From Bacteroidia bacterium (GTDB lineage: Bacteria; Bacteroidota; Bacteroidia; NS11-12g; UBA955): DNA of 64,000 bases. Positions 48,912-58,800 of the stretch are shown here, in pieces (positions within the stretch are counted from its first letter, which is position 1; each line of letters begins with the position of its first letter). The notes under the pieces were generated by a model. That model was not told the DNA's origin. It did not search any database and was given only the letters and a program-made list of their open reading frames with translations. The translations under genes and the position numbers were made by a program. The stretch spans positions 79,196 through 143,195 of the forward strand of contig JALOAG010000005.1 in NCBI GenBank assembly GCA_023228875.1, written 5' to 3'.

Positions 48912-50987
48912 TTGACTGAAGCAAAAAGAGCATTATCTGTGAGCGTTACTAAAGACATCCTTTTACAAGCCTATCAACTGATGTGTCAGACGAGAGCAAT
49001 GGCAAAGATTTATGAAGACAATAGGCAAATTACCACCTATGTTCATTCTACCTCAAAGGGGCACGAAGCAATACAATTAGCAGCAGGGTTTCTTTTGGAA
49101 CATTATGATTATGTTGCTCCATACTATCGAGATGAGTCAATTCTTTTAGGCATAGGTATGCGACCTTATGAGTTGATGTTGCAACTCATTGCTAAAAAAG
49201 ATGACCCATTTTCAGGTGGGAGAAGTTATTATTCACATCCCTCACTTAAAAGAGAAACAATGCCCAAAATTCCACATCAATCCAGTGCAACAGGAATGCA
49301 GGCTATCCCTGCAACAGGTATGGCGCATGGGTTGAAATACAAAGAACAAATGGGATTGCTTCCGACAGGAGAGTTACCTATTGTAATGTGTTCTATTGGA
49401 GATGGTTCAATGACAGAAGGTGAAGTGTCAGAAGCATTACAAATGGCTGTGCTCAAAGAATTACCCATTGTGTATTTAGTGCAAGATAATAACTGGGGAA
49501 TTTCTGCAACCGGAAAAGAAATGAGAGCAATGGATGCGTATGAGTTTGCAGCAGGATTCAAAGGGTTGAAAAGGATGCGAACCAATGGCTCTGACTTTGT
49601 TCAATGTTATGAAGATTTGAAATCGGCAATTGATTGGGTGCGTAAAAATCGCAAACCATTATTAATTCATGCCAATGTTCCTTTATTAGGGCATCATACT
49701 TCAGGTGTAAGAAGCGAATGGTATAGAGATGATTTAGAGGAGCAAGCAAAGCACGATCCTTTCCCACTTTTATTGAATACCTTAATGGAATTGGGAGAAA
49801 ACAAAGATACCTTAGATACAATCAGAAAGGAAGCAGATGAATATATAGCAGAAGAGTTTGCAAAGGCTGTTGCTGCACCTGATCCCGAGCCGGAATCAGT
49901 ATATTTGCATGAATTTGCTCCTACTCCGGTTACAGAACAACAAGGAGTGCGGAAACCTGATGGCAAAGAACCCGTTGTGATGGTTGATGCTGCTTTGTTT
50001 GCATGCGATGAAATTTTAAAGAAACATCCTGAAGCATTGTTATATGGACAGGATGTTGGCAAAAGGTTAGGTGGGGTATTCAGAGAGGCTGCCACTTTGG
50101 GAAATAAACATGGAGAAGCTCGTGTGTTTAATACACCAATTCAAGAAGCGTATATTGTGGGTTCTACTGTTGGAATGAGCGCAGTAGGATTAAAGCCAAT
50201 AGTTGAAATTCAGTTTGCAGATTATATATGGCCTGCAGTGAATCAGTTAGTGGAAGAATTGTCTAAATCATGTTATTTGTCTAATGGAAAATATCCGGTT
50301 GCAAGTGTGATTAGAATTCCTACAGGTGCTTATGGTGGAGGAGGTCCTTATCATTCGGGAACTGTTGAATCAAGCATACTGCCTATTAAAGGAATAAAGG
50401 TAGTGTATCCAAGTAATGCCGCAGATATGAAAGGATTATTAAAAGCTGCATTTTATGACCCAAATCCGGTTGTGATTTTTGAACATAAAGGGCTTTACTG
50501 GAGCAAAGTTCCCGGTACAGAATTAGCTAAAACCCCTGAGCCGGATGAGGATTATATTATTCCATTAGGGAAGGGTAGGGTTGTGCTTGCCGCAGCAGAA
50601 GAGTCTGTAAACAAAGGTGATTCTGTCTGTGTAATTACTTATGGTATGGGTGTTTATTGGGCACTCAATGCAGCCAAGAGATTACAAGGGAAAGTAGAAA
50701 TAGTGGATTTGAGAACTCTGAACCCTATTGATGAAGAGTTAATGTTTGAAACAGCAAAAAAACATGGAAAAGTATTAATTCTCACCGAGGAAACTCAGCG
50801 TAATTCTTTTGCAGAAGCCTTAGCCGGAAGAATTTCCGAACATTGCTTCCAATTTTTAGATGCCCCAATCAAAGTGTTAGGTTCAGCAAATTTGCCTGCA
50901 GTCCCCATGAATAAGGGGTTGGAGGCAGAAATGCTTCCTAATGCAGACAAAGTATATGATGTGTTGAATGAGTTATTGAAGTTTTAA
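48912..50987 (+). CDS. Fused alpha/beta E1 component of a 2-oxoacid (branched-chain/pyruvate-type) dehydrogenase
   Basis: TTG start. The N-terminal half is a TPP-binding E1-alpha (…GDGSMTEGEVSEALQMA…NNWGIS). The C-terminal half is a transketolase-like E1-beta (…FNTPIQEAYIVGSTVGMS…). Confidence 0.8.
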   Translation: MTEAKRALSVSVTKDILLQAYQLMCQTRAMAKIYEDNRQITTYVHSTSKGHEAIQLAAGFLLEHYDYVAPYYRDESILLGIGMRPYELMLQLIAKKDDPFSGGRSYYSHPSLKRETMPKIPHQSSATGMQAIPATGMAHGLKYKEQMGLLPTGELPIVMCSIGDGSMTEGEVSEALQMAVLKELPIVYLVQDNNWGISATGKEMRAMDAYEFAAGFKGLKRMRTNGSDFVQCYEDLKSAIDWVRKNRKPLLIHANVPLLGHHTSGVRSEWYRDDLEEQAKHDPFPLLLNTLMELGENKDTLDTIRKEADEYIAEEFAKAVAAPDPEPESVYLHEFAPTPVTEQQGVRKPDGKEPVVMVDAALFACDEILKKHPEALLYGQDVGKRLGGVFREAATLGNKHGEARVFNTPIQEAYIVGSTVGMSAVGLKPIVEIQFADYIWPAVNQLVEELSKSCYLSNGKYPVASVIRIPTGAYGGGGPYHSGTVESSILPIKGIKVVYPSNAADMKGLLKAAFYDPNPVVIFEHKGLYWSKVPGTELAKTPEPDEDYIIPLGKGRVVLAAAEESVNKGDSVCVITYGMGVYWALNAAKRLQGKVEIVDLRTLNPIDEELMFETAKKHGKVLILTEETQRNSFAEALAGRISEHCFQFLDAPIKVLGSANLPAVPMNKGLEAEMLPNADKVYDVLNELLKF

Positions 50988-51051
50988 ACTTCAAAATCTT
51001 CAAAAAAGTTTTTGGGAAATTCTTCGGTAACATTGCTTTTGAGCAGCCACA

Positions 51052-51713
51052 GACAATTCTGACAGAAAATCACTTGGCATAACTGTAACGCCAGAAATGG
51101 AAGTGTTGGTAAAAGCACCGACAGACACTACCATAGAAAAAGTGAAAGGGAAAATAAGGAAAAAAGCACTTTGGATAATTAAACAACAAAGCTTCTTTCT
51201 TTCCTTTCAACCATAGACACCACAACGGAAATACATAAGTGGAGAAACACATTTGTATCTGGGCAGCCAATACCGACTGAAAGTGATAAATGATAAGTTA
51301 AAAGTGAAGATGTTAAGCTTAAAGGACAGTTTTTGGAAGTACACACACTTGACAATTCAAAAGTCAAATCATTGGTAGCTGAATGGTATTTAAGAAAATC
51401 CTTTGAGAAAATTAAACCCCTTGCAGAAGATCTTTTCAATAATTTTATTAAAAGAAACAATTTATCATTTATCACTTTTAACTTTTCACTTAGAAATATG
51501 CCGATACGTTGGGGCAGTTGCACACCAAAAGGAAAAATCATTTTAAATCCTGAATTGATTAAAGCACCAAAAGGCTGTATTGAATATGTTATAATACACG
51601 AACTTTGTCATTTATTACATCACAACCACACACAGAAATTTTTAGTTTTACAAACCAAAGAAATGAAAGACTGGGTAAAGTGGAAAATGAAATTGGAGAA
51701 ACTATTAGCATGA
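51052..51713 (+). pseudogene. Disrupted YgjP/DUF45-family (WLM/M48-like) metal-dependent hydrolase
   Basis: C-terminal part is intact with motif 'RWGSCTPKGKIILNPELIKAPKGCIEYVIIHELCHLLHHNH' (ORF 51333..51713). The N-terminal part (…KSLGITVTPEMEVLVKAPTD…KALWII…GETHLYLGSQYRLKV…) is interrupted by an in-frame TAG at 51214-51216 and by a frameshift near 51325-51335. No start codon is present. Confidence 0.6.
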
Positions 51714-52088
51714 GAAGAATAGACAAATAATCACTCGGACAATGACAGCTATTACCCAATCATACAGCGACTTTCAGACACGGTCGACAAGAACGCCAAT
51801 TACCAATAGTGGTAACCGTTGCACAACTCTTTAAATAAAATAAAATAACAGCACAAGCGGCTTCATTTGAAGCGTTTTAACCACACTTGTTTTTTGGGGG
51901 TTTGGGAGTTGTAGTTATTGTGATAGAGACAATAAAATAACGGAAGGTGTTTTGCAGCGTTATCTCTACTTTTTAAAAGTGCTTAACACTGAACTAAATG
52001 CTTAGTTTAGCAGTGGAAATTAAACACTAAGGACGTTATTAGACGGGCTGAAATGTTTTAGGGTTGGTATTGAAAGCCAAAGAAAATT

Positions 52089-54503
52089 TTATTTGAGTTC
52101 GACTAACGTACTGCCTTCGCCACCTCGATCTGCATGCTCAAATTGATAGGATTTGATGAATGGTTGTTCTTTTAAAAAATCCCAAATCAATTTTTTTAAC
52201 ACCCCTGTCCCTTTGCCATGAAGGATTTTGAGTTGTCCTGCACTAATCAAACGTGCATCATCAAGCCATTTTGAAACTTTTGCAATTGCGTCTTCACCTC
52301 TTTCACCTCTTAAATCTAAAGTATGGCTGAATCCTGTCTGTTTTACCATAATCTCATCAGAATAATGAGGTACGGAATTTTTATTTGATTTCTTTACCTT
52401 ATTTTGATTCTTCAATTTTTCAAGCCTTTTTAAATCGACCCAAGCGTGTAAATCACCCAGTAAGACTAAGGCTTTGTTCTTTTTAATTTCTATTATTTCT
52501 CCAATTTGATTGCTATCTGCAATTAAAACAAAATCGCCTGTTGTAATTGCAACATTTGGTAAAGTCTCAATGGGTTTTACGCTTGTTTTATCTTGTTTAA
52601 CCTTGATGAATGATTGATTGAGAGTCTCTTTTGCTTGATTGAGCTGATGTGAGAAAGATGCAATATCTTGCTTTGTAACTTTCTCATTTCTGCTGTCTTT
52701 CTTGATTTTTTTGAGTAATGAAGTTGCTTGTAACAACTCTTCAGCAGCTTTTTCGCGGGTTTGTTGCAAAATTATTTTTTTGTTCTCTTGAAGTTGATTT
52801 TTGAGTAACTCATATTCCTTCAATAACTTGTCTAAATGTTTAGCCTTATTTGAGATATTGCGTTTTGCTTCCTCTAATTCAAAAGCAAGTTTTTCTGCTC
52901 TAATACTCAGTTCTTCATAGTCTAAGGTTTTAGATGCTTTCATTTTGCTTTTAGCATTTTCTAACATCTTAGAAGGAAGATTGAGGTTTTGTGCAAGCTC
53001 AAATGCATAAGAACTTCCCGGTTTCCCAACCATTAGTTTAAACATAGGCTTTAGTGCAATTGGGTCATATAGCATTGAAGCATTGACAAGTCTTGAGATT
53101 TTGTTGGGTAATTTCTTGAGTGCTCCTAAATGAGAAGATACAATACCCAATGCACCTGTCTCACACAACATCTCTAACATTGCTTCTGCAATAGGGGAAG
53201 CCAATTCAGGATCTGTTCCTGTACCAAATTCATCAATGATTACAAGTGTATTGTGATTAGCATTTTCTAAAATATATTTCATGTCCACCAGATGAGCACT
53301 GTATGTGCTTAATGCGTTTTCTAGGGATTGGTTATCAGAAATTTCTACAGATATTTTCTCGAACACAAAGAGTTCAGAAGTTGGTGAAGCAGTAATGCCC
53401 AAGCCACTTTGAAACATCATTTGTAATAAAGCAACCGTTTTGAGCAATACTGATTTGCCTCCTGCATTTGGTCCGGAAATCAGCATCAGTGCTTCATGTT
53501 TGTTTAAGTTGATGGAATTGCGGACTATTTTTTCTTCAGAATTATCTTTACGCGCATTGATCAATAGCAAGGGGTGCACAGCATCATGTAATTTAATTTG
53601 ACTCTGTTGAGCAAATTCAGGAATGTTTCCCCCCAATAAGTTGTTTAGTTTGGCTTTAGCTCTATAAAAATCCAATTTCTCCCACATTCCCAGTATGTTA
53701 ACAAAATCTTCAGCAGTATCATTGAGAACCTTGCCGGCATATCTGAGGATTCTTTCAATTTCCTTTTTTCTCTCTAAATAGAGTTCTCTGAGCTGATTGT
53801 TCTCTTCAAAACATTCAAGAGGTTCTATATATAAAAATTTGCCTGATGCAGAGTCATCATGCACAAATCCTTTAATTTTCTTCTTGTGTTCAGCAATAAT
53901 TGGAAGTACTAATCTGTCGTTTCGTATGGTGATTTCAGTATCACCTGCCCAACCATTTTTCTTAGCAACATCAAAACGGTTATTTAGGAGTTTCCGAACT
54001 TCTTTTTCCTTATTGATGATTTTTTCTGAAATATGTCGCAGTTCAGGACTGGCATTAGGATTCAGGTTGCCTTCTTCATCAATGATTTTATCAAGAAGTT
54101 CAAAAAGACTTCCGGGTATGATGATGGGCTCTCTTGTATAAAGGAGGGTAGGGAAAGAAGTTTTAACATCATCAAAAAACAGAAAAAACAAACCGGTATC
54201 TGAAAGTATCCTTTTGATTCTGAACAACAAGGAGGTTTGAGGCATACTTCCTAAGGTCATTGTGTCTTTTAAGTTGATTTTGATTTCGTCAATCACGCTC
54301 AAGTCCGGCATAGCATACGACTTGATCAACCTTTGCATTTCTCCGGTTTGGTTGAGAGTGTGAAGAATTGTTGACTTGTTTGAAGAAGGAGTGAGCGTGG
54401 ATGCCCTGTTCTTTGCATATTCTGTTTTTGCAAAATCTGCCAGAATTGATTTTATCTCATTAAAGCCAATTGATGACCCAATATGTTGAGGATATAAAAT
54501 CAT
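52089..54503 (-). CDS. mutS2: Endonuclease MutS2
   Basis: MutS domain with Walker A 'GPNAGGKS', a long coiled-coil region and a C-terminal Smr domain (…LDLRGERGEDA…LKILHGKGTGVLK…). Confidence 0.9.
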   Translation of the reverse strand: MILYPQHIGSSIGFNEIKSILADFAKTEYAKNRASTLTPSSNKSTILHTLNQTGEMQRLIKSYAMPDLSVIDEIKINLKDTMTLGSMPQTSLLFRIKRILSDTGLFFLFFDDVKTSFPTLLYTREPIIIPGSLFELLDKIIDEEGNLNPNASPELRHISEKIINKEKEVRKLLNNRFDVAKKNGWAGDTEITIRNDRLVLPIIAEHKKKIKGFVHDDSASGKFLYIEPLECFEENNQLRELYLERKKEIERILRYAGKVLNDTAEDFVNILGMWEKLDFYRAKAKLNNLLGGNIPEFAQQSQIKLHDAVHPLLLINARKDNSEEKIVRNSINLNKHEALMLISGPNAGGKSVLLKTVALLQMMFQSGLGITASPTSELFVFEKISVEISDNQSLENALSTYSAHLVDMKYILENANHNTLVIIDEFGTGTDPELASPIAEAMLEMLCETGALGIVSSHLGALKKLPNKISRLVNASMLYDPIALKPMFKLMVGKPGSSYAFELAQNLNLPSKMLENAKSKMKASKTLDYEELSIRAEKLAFELEEAKRNISNKAKHLDKLLKEYELLKNQLQENKKIILQQTREKAAEELLQATSLLKKIKKDSRNEKVTKQDIASFSHQLNQAKETLNQSFIKVKQDKTSVKPIETLPNVAITTGDFVLIADSNQIGEIIEIKKNKALVLLGDLHAWVDLKRLEKLKNQNKVKKSNKNSVPHYSDEIMVKQTGFSHTLDLRGERGEDAIAKVSKWLDDARLISAGQLKILHGKGTGVLKKLIWDFLKEQPFIKSYQFEHADRGGEGSTLVELK

Positions 54504-55045
54504 TTGTTGGAATTCTGAACCTCATATTGTGTGAGTATTTCTAAACTCTTTTCTAATATGGGCTTAAATAGATCCGGATTACTGGCGTAGAAATTGATAC
54601 TTTCTTCAAACTGTTGCCTTGTTACCTTGTGTTTCTTAAAAACAAATTCATAATCAGCACCAATATGTCCCAAATATTGTCGTTTACTTGTTGTTACTGG
54701 CTTATATTCAGATTTTGTCTTTTCTTGTTCAATAATTTCTTGCTCAATTATTTCTTTAACTTTTTTAAAAGCTTGATTTGAGCTGCTTACGTTTGTATTA
54801 TTTACAGTATCTGTTTTAATACTCGTTTGTGATTCAAGTGCTTCTCGTGGTGCAACACCCAGCTGAAATGCAGCATCAACAGTTTTGATATCAGCAATGA
54901 GATGACTCATTGTTTTCCCGTCTATAATGGAAGTAGGAATCTGTTGTTTTTTATTTGTACATGAAATACATAGCAGTATATAAAACAATAATAGGACAGT
55001 CTTATTAGAAACAATTGAAAATATGGAATGAACTTTAAGATTCAT
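54500..55045 (-). CDS. Lipoprotein of unknown function
   Basis: Signal plus lipobox (LLCISC), 181 aa. 4-nt overlap with the mutS2 start. Confidence 0.5.
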   Translation of the reverse strand: MNLKVHSIFSIVSNKTVLLLFYILLCISCTNKKQQIPTSIIDGKTMSHLIADIKTVDAAFQLGVAPREALESQTSIKTDTVNNTNVSSSNQAFKKVKEIIEQEIIEQEKTKSEYKPVTTSKRQYLGHIGADYEFVFKKHKVTRQQFEESINFYASNPDLFKPILEKSLEILTQYEVQNSNK

Positions 55046-55053
55046 TATTGGTG

Positions 55054-56892
55054 CTATTTTCTTTTGCCGGTGTAAGGATCAATGCCTTTCTTTTTAGCAT
55101 AATCCTCCAATCTTTTCTGGAATGAACTCTTTTTAACAGAAACCTTTTTCTTTTTGTTAGCAGCAATTTGCTTGTGCAGTTTGTCTTCATCAACAAAACG
55201 CTTAAACAACGCTTGTTGTCCAAATGTAATCATGTTGGCTAAGAAATAATAATAACTCAATGCAGCAGGATAGTTGTTAAAGAATCCCAAGAACATGATT
55301 GGCATAAGGTATGAAATAATTTTCATTTGCGCACCGGCTGCGGTGAGTTGGTTATTCAGCCTTGTGTAAATTATGGTAGAAGCGGTCATTAATAAAGTAA
55401 ACAGACTGACGTGGTCTCCATAAAAAGGAAGTGAAAAGCCGCCCGGAAAGTCAAATATAGAATCATATCGTGAAAGGTCTGTTGCCCAAAGGAAGGACTC
55501 CTGTCGTAGTTCAAAAGATGATGGGAAGAAACTGAACATTGCAATCAGAATTGGGAATTGCAATAGCATTGGCAAGCATCCTCCTAATGGACTAACACCG
55601 GCTTTCTTGTAAAGGCTCATTGTGTCCATTTGGGTCTTTGCCATATCACCCTTGTTTTTTTCTTTAATCTCATCCAATTCCGGCTTGAGTAATTTCATCT
55701 TAGCTGTGGACAGATAAGATTTGTAAACAAGAGGTAGTAAAAGTAATTTGATAAAAATTGTGAGTAACAGTATGATTATACCAAAATTGCCAATGTATTT
55801 ACTTAGGAAATCAAAGGTTGGTATAACAAGGAACTGATTTACCCAACGAAAGAGAGTCCAGCCCAAGGGGATGATATCTTCTAATTCAATATTCTCCTTC
55901 TTTAAAGTCTTATAGTGGTTGGGTCCATAGAAATACCTTAAATTAAAAACTTCATTTCTTCTGTTTTCAAACGGCAAATCAAGTTGTGCTTTGTATAATT
56001 TTACGTTATCAAGCTGGTCTCTTGCTGAATCCACCGTAATTTCTCCATCTTTAAGAAACCCTTCTTTTAGGATAACTGTTGTGTTAAAGAATTGCTGTTT
56101 AAAAGATACCCATTGAACAGGAGCTTTTAGGTTTTCAGTTTTGTATTTGGTCTCGCTGATGTAATCAGGTTTTTCATCTATATACCTATAATAAATGGTA
56201 GATTTTAACCTTTCAGTTTCTGCTTTTAATTCTTGTTTCGGAACTTCTATCTCTCTGTAATAAGTCAATAAGGAGTTGGGTTGAATAAATTGCTCCATGT
56301 TGACCATTGCAAACTCTTGGTTTAATCCATAACCTTCTTTATCTAGCTTGTATGTGGACTCTATATAAGAATCGTGGTCAAAATTGAGTCTGAAAATAAT
56401 GCTGTTTTTTTCCTGCTTTACAACATCCCAAAACACTTTGTTTGTATAGAAAGCTTCATTCTTAGTATTGAAAACAAAATAATCTTGAGAATGGTCTTTG
56501 TTAAATAAAATAAGCGACTGGTCTTGTGATGTATCTGCTCTCAGAAATTCGGTTAAAAAAACTTTGTTTACACGCGCTCCTTTGTTCGAGAGTGTAACCT
56601 CCATATCAGCATTTTTTAATGTGATTTCTTTTTCAGTTCCAAAAAATTTGGTTGCAATTTCTCCGAATTTTGCTTGCAGCACTTGTGAATCAGGCAAACT
56701 CTCAGTAACAATGGTGTCTTTTGTAGCCATTAATGCTTTTGCCTCTTGTTCTTTCTGCAATTGTACGGCTGCTATTGAGTCGCTAATGTGCTTGCGTTCT
56801 GCTATCTGTTCTGCACTGGGTTGATTCAGATAGGAATAACCTATTAATATTCCTAAAATGAGTAATAAACCAATAATCGAATTTCTGTCCAT
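55054..56892 (-). CDS. yidC: Membrane protein insertase YidC
   Basis: N-terminal TM helix, a large periplasmic domain and a C-terminal five-TM core containing 'GCLPMLLQFPILIAMF'. Confidence 0.85.
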   Translation of the reverse strand: MDRNSIIGLLLILGILIGYSYLNQPSAEQIAERKHISDSIAAVQLQKEQEAKALMATKDTIVTESLPDSQVLQAKFGEIATKFFGTEKEITLKNADMEVTLSNKGARVNKVFLTEFLRADTSQDQSLILFNKDHSQDYFVFNTKNEAFYTNKVFWDVVKQEKNSIIFRLNFDHDSYIESTYKLDKEGYGLNQEFAMVNMEQFIQPNSLLTYYREIEVPKQELKAETERLKSTIYYRYIDEKPDYISETKYKTENLKAPVQWVSFKQQFFNTTVILKEGFLKDGEITVDSARDQLDNVKLYKAQLDLPFENRRNEVFNLRYFYGPNHYKTLKKENIELEDIIPLGWTLFRWVNQFLVIPTFDFLSKYIGNFGIIILLLTIFIKLLLLPLVYKSYLSTAKMKLLKPELDEIKEKNKGDMAKTQMDTMSLYKKAGVSPLGGCLPMLLQFPILIAMFSFFPSSFELRQESFLWATDLSRYDSIFDFPGGFSLPFYGDHVSLFTLLMTASTIIYTRLNNQLTAAGAQMKIISYLMPIMFLGFFNNYPAALSYYYFLANMITFGQQALFKRFVDEDKLHKQIAANKKKKVSVKKSSFQKRLEDYAKKKGIDPYTGKRK

Positions 56893-57270
56893 CTGTCTTT
56901 TTTAGAGGGCGCAAAGGTAATGTAATAATCATGAAAATTCTGTCTCACATGCCTTATATGAATTTCAAGATTCAGTGTGTTGTGTTATACTTTTAATATA
57001 CTGATAATCAATATATAAAGAAATGTTAAGATGGGAGTGTAAACTCTTTTAATGTTTTATGCAATCCATTCTTACAGTGTTATTTGATAGAATCTACCAA
57101 AAGTGTGATAAAGTCAATGTGTTTGTGAAAAGAGTCGTGTAAATGTACTTCAATATATGGATGAAAAAATGAATTCAGCAGTGACTTGTGGTAGTAAACT
57201 TATTTTATCTTTCTTAAAATCTGATTAGGTGGCAAATGTGTCATCATTTTTAAGATTACTTTTGTAGGCT

Positions 57271-58608
57271 ATGGAAATGTTGGTTTATTTAATAATTGGT
57301 TTGGTATTAGGAGCACTTGTTGGATGGTTGCTTAGAAGCAAAAAACAGACAGCCAATGCAGATGAGATTGTCCAATTACAAAGTGTAAAAGCAGGATTAG
57401 AAAAATTGTTGCAAGAGAAAGAAAATCAACGATTGCTGTTGCAGACCCAAGTAGATAAAGATAAAGCTGAAATCTTGACCATGACAGGTCGTGTTGCGCA
57501 GTTGGAGGAAAGTCTCAAAAACGCAGAACAGCGATTGACCGAACATCAACAAGTATTTGAGCAAAATGAAAAGTTGTTAAAAGAGAGATTTGAAAACCTT
57601 GCCAACAAAATTCTTGAAGAAAAAACGCAGAAATTCACTGAAACCAATCGCACTAATCTTGATATTATTCTTAATCCACTTAAAGAACAGATTGCAAAGT
57701 TTGAAGAGAAAGTCGAGAAAACATATACAACAGAAGCAAAAGAGCGGCACTCACTGAAAGATGAAGTAAAGTCATTAGTGGAGTTGAATACCAAACTGAA
57801 TACAGAAGCCCAAAACTTGACCAGAGCATTAAAGGGTGATAGAAAAAAGCAAGGTAATTGGGGAGAGTTAATGCTGGAAAACATTTTAGAAAGCAGTGGA
57901 CTTAGAGAAGGAAAGGAATACGAAAAGCAGTATTCCACCCAAGATGATGAAGCACACCGAATTCAGCCCGACTTTATTGTGAAATTGCCTGAAAACAAAC
58001 ATCTAATAATAGATTCAAAGGTTTCATTGGTTGCATACGAAAGATTTGTAAATGCAGAAGATGTCAATTCGCAACAGAAATCCATTGATGAGCATATCAT
58101 TTCAGTCAAAAACCATGTAAGAGCATTGTCTGACAAAAATTACTTTAGAGCTGATGGTCTTAATTCTCCCGATTTTGTGTTATTGTTTATGCCTATAGAA
58201 TCTTCATTTGCTGCGGCTATTGAGGCGGATGCTGATTTGTTTAATTACGCATGGGAAAGGAAGATTGTTATTGTCAGCCCAAGTACCTTATTGGCTACTC
58301 TCAAGACAGTAGCAAGTTTGTGGAGATTAGAAAAACAAAATGTAAATGCAGCCAGAATCGCAACGGAAGCAGGAAGTTTATATGATAAGTTTAATGGTTT
58401 TGTTGAAGATTTGAAAAAGCTTGGCAACCAAATTGAGACTGTACAAAAGACTTATAATGCTTCTTATAATAAATTATCATCTGGATCGGGGAATCTTGTG
58501 TCCAAAGTTCAAAAACTTAAAAACTTAGGTGCTAAGGCTTCTAAGGCATTAGACCAAGGATTGCTTAATGAAGCACTTGAAAATGATGAAGAGTTGAGCG
58601 AGGAGTAG
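57271..58608 (+). CDS. rmuC: DNA recombination protein RmuC
   Basis: N-terminal TM helix, a long coiled-coil region and a C-terminal RmuC nuclease-like domain (…PDFIVKLPENKHLIIDSKVSL…VLLFMP…). Confidence 0.85.
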   Translation: MEMLVYLIIGLVLGALVGWLLRSKKQTANADEIVQLQSVKAGLEKLLQEKENQRLLLQTQVDKDKAEILTMTGRVAQLEESLKNAEQRLTEHQQVFEQNEKLLKERFENLANKILEEKTQKFTETNRTNLDIILNPLKEQIAKFEEKVEKTYTTEAKERHSLKDEVKSLVELNTKLNTEAQNLTRALKGDRKKQGNWGELMLENILESSGLREGKEYEKQYSTQDDEAHRIQPDFIVKLPENKHLIIDSKVSLVAYERFVNAEDVNSQQKSIDEHIISVKNHVRALSDKNYFRADGLNSPDFVLLFMPIESSFAAAIEADADLFNYAWERKIVIVSPSTLLATLKTVASLWRLEKQNVNAARIATEAGSLYDKFNGFVEDLKKLGNQIETVQKTYNASYNKLSSGSGNLVSKVQKLKNLGAKASKALDQGLLNEALENDEELSEE

Positions 58609-58800
58609 TACAAGTCCTCCTTCGATACGATTTTGTCAAAGCCAAAACTCACTCAGGGTGACGGGGGGTAAATGAAAAGGTGGTTAGTTTGTGCAAGGAG
58701 AAGGTACTCCACTGAACCTAAATAATATAAAATAATCTATTCCAACTCCTAACTTTGCCGCTCATTAAGTAACTATAGAATTAGCATTAATTTCAAACTT

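Noticed and set aside
49277-50095. Three minus-strand ORFs of 87-133 aa inside the E1 dehydrogenase gene
   Set aside because: They lie within a confidently assigned sense-strand gene. They are Ala/Ser-rich because they are the antisense translation of a coding region. There is no independent support.
53797-54141. A 114-aa plus-strand ORF inside mutS2
   Set aside because: It is antisense to the conserved MutS2 ATPase region, is Ser/Leu-rich and lacks any motif. It is spurious.
58609-58800. Identifying the structured intergenic segment as SRP (4.5S) RNA or tmRNA
   Set aside because: The conserved SRP domain IV motif (…GGAAGGAAGCAG-like GNRA helix) and the tmRNA tRNA-like ends are not recognisable. 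It is kept only as an unclassified candidate.
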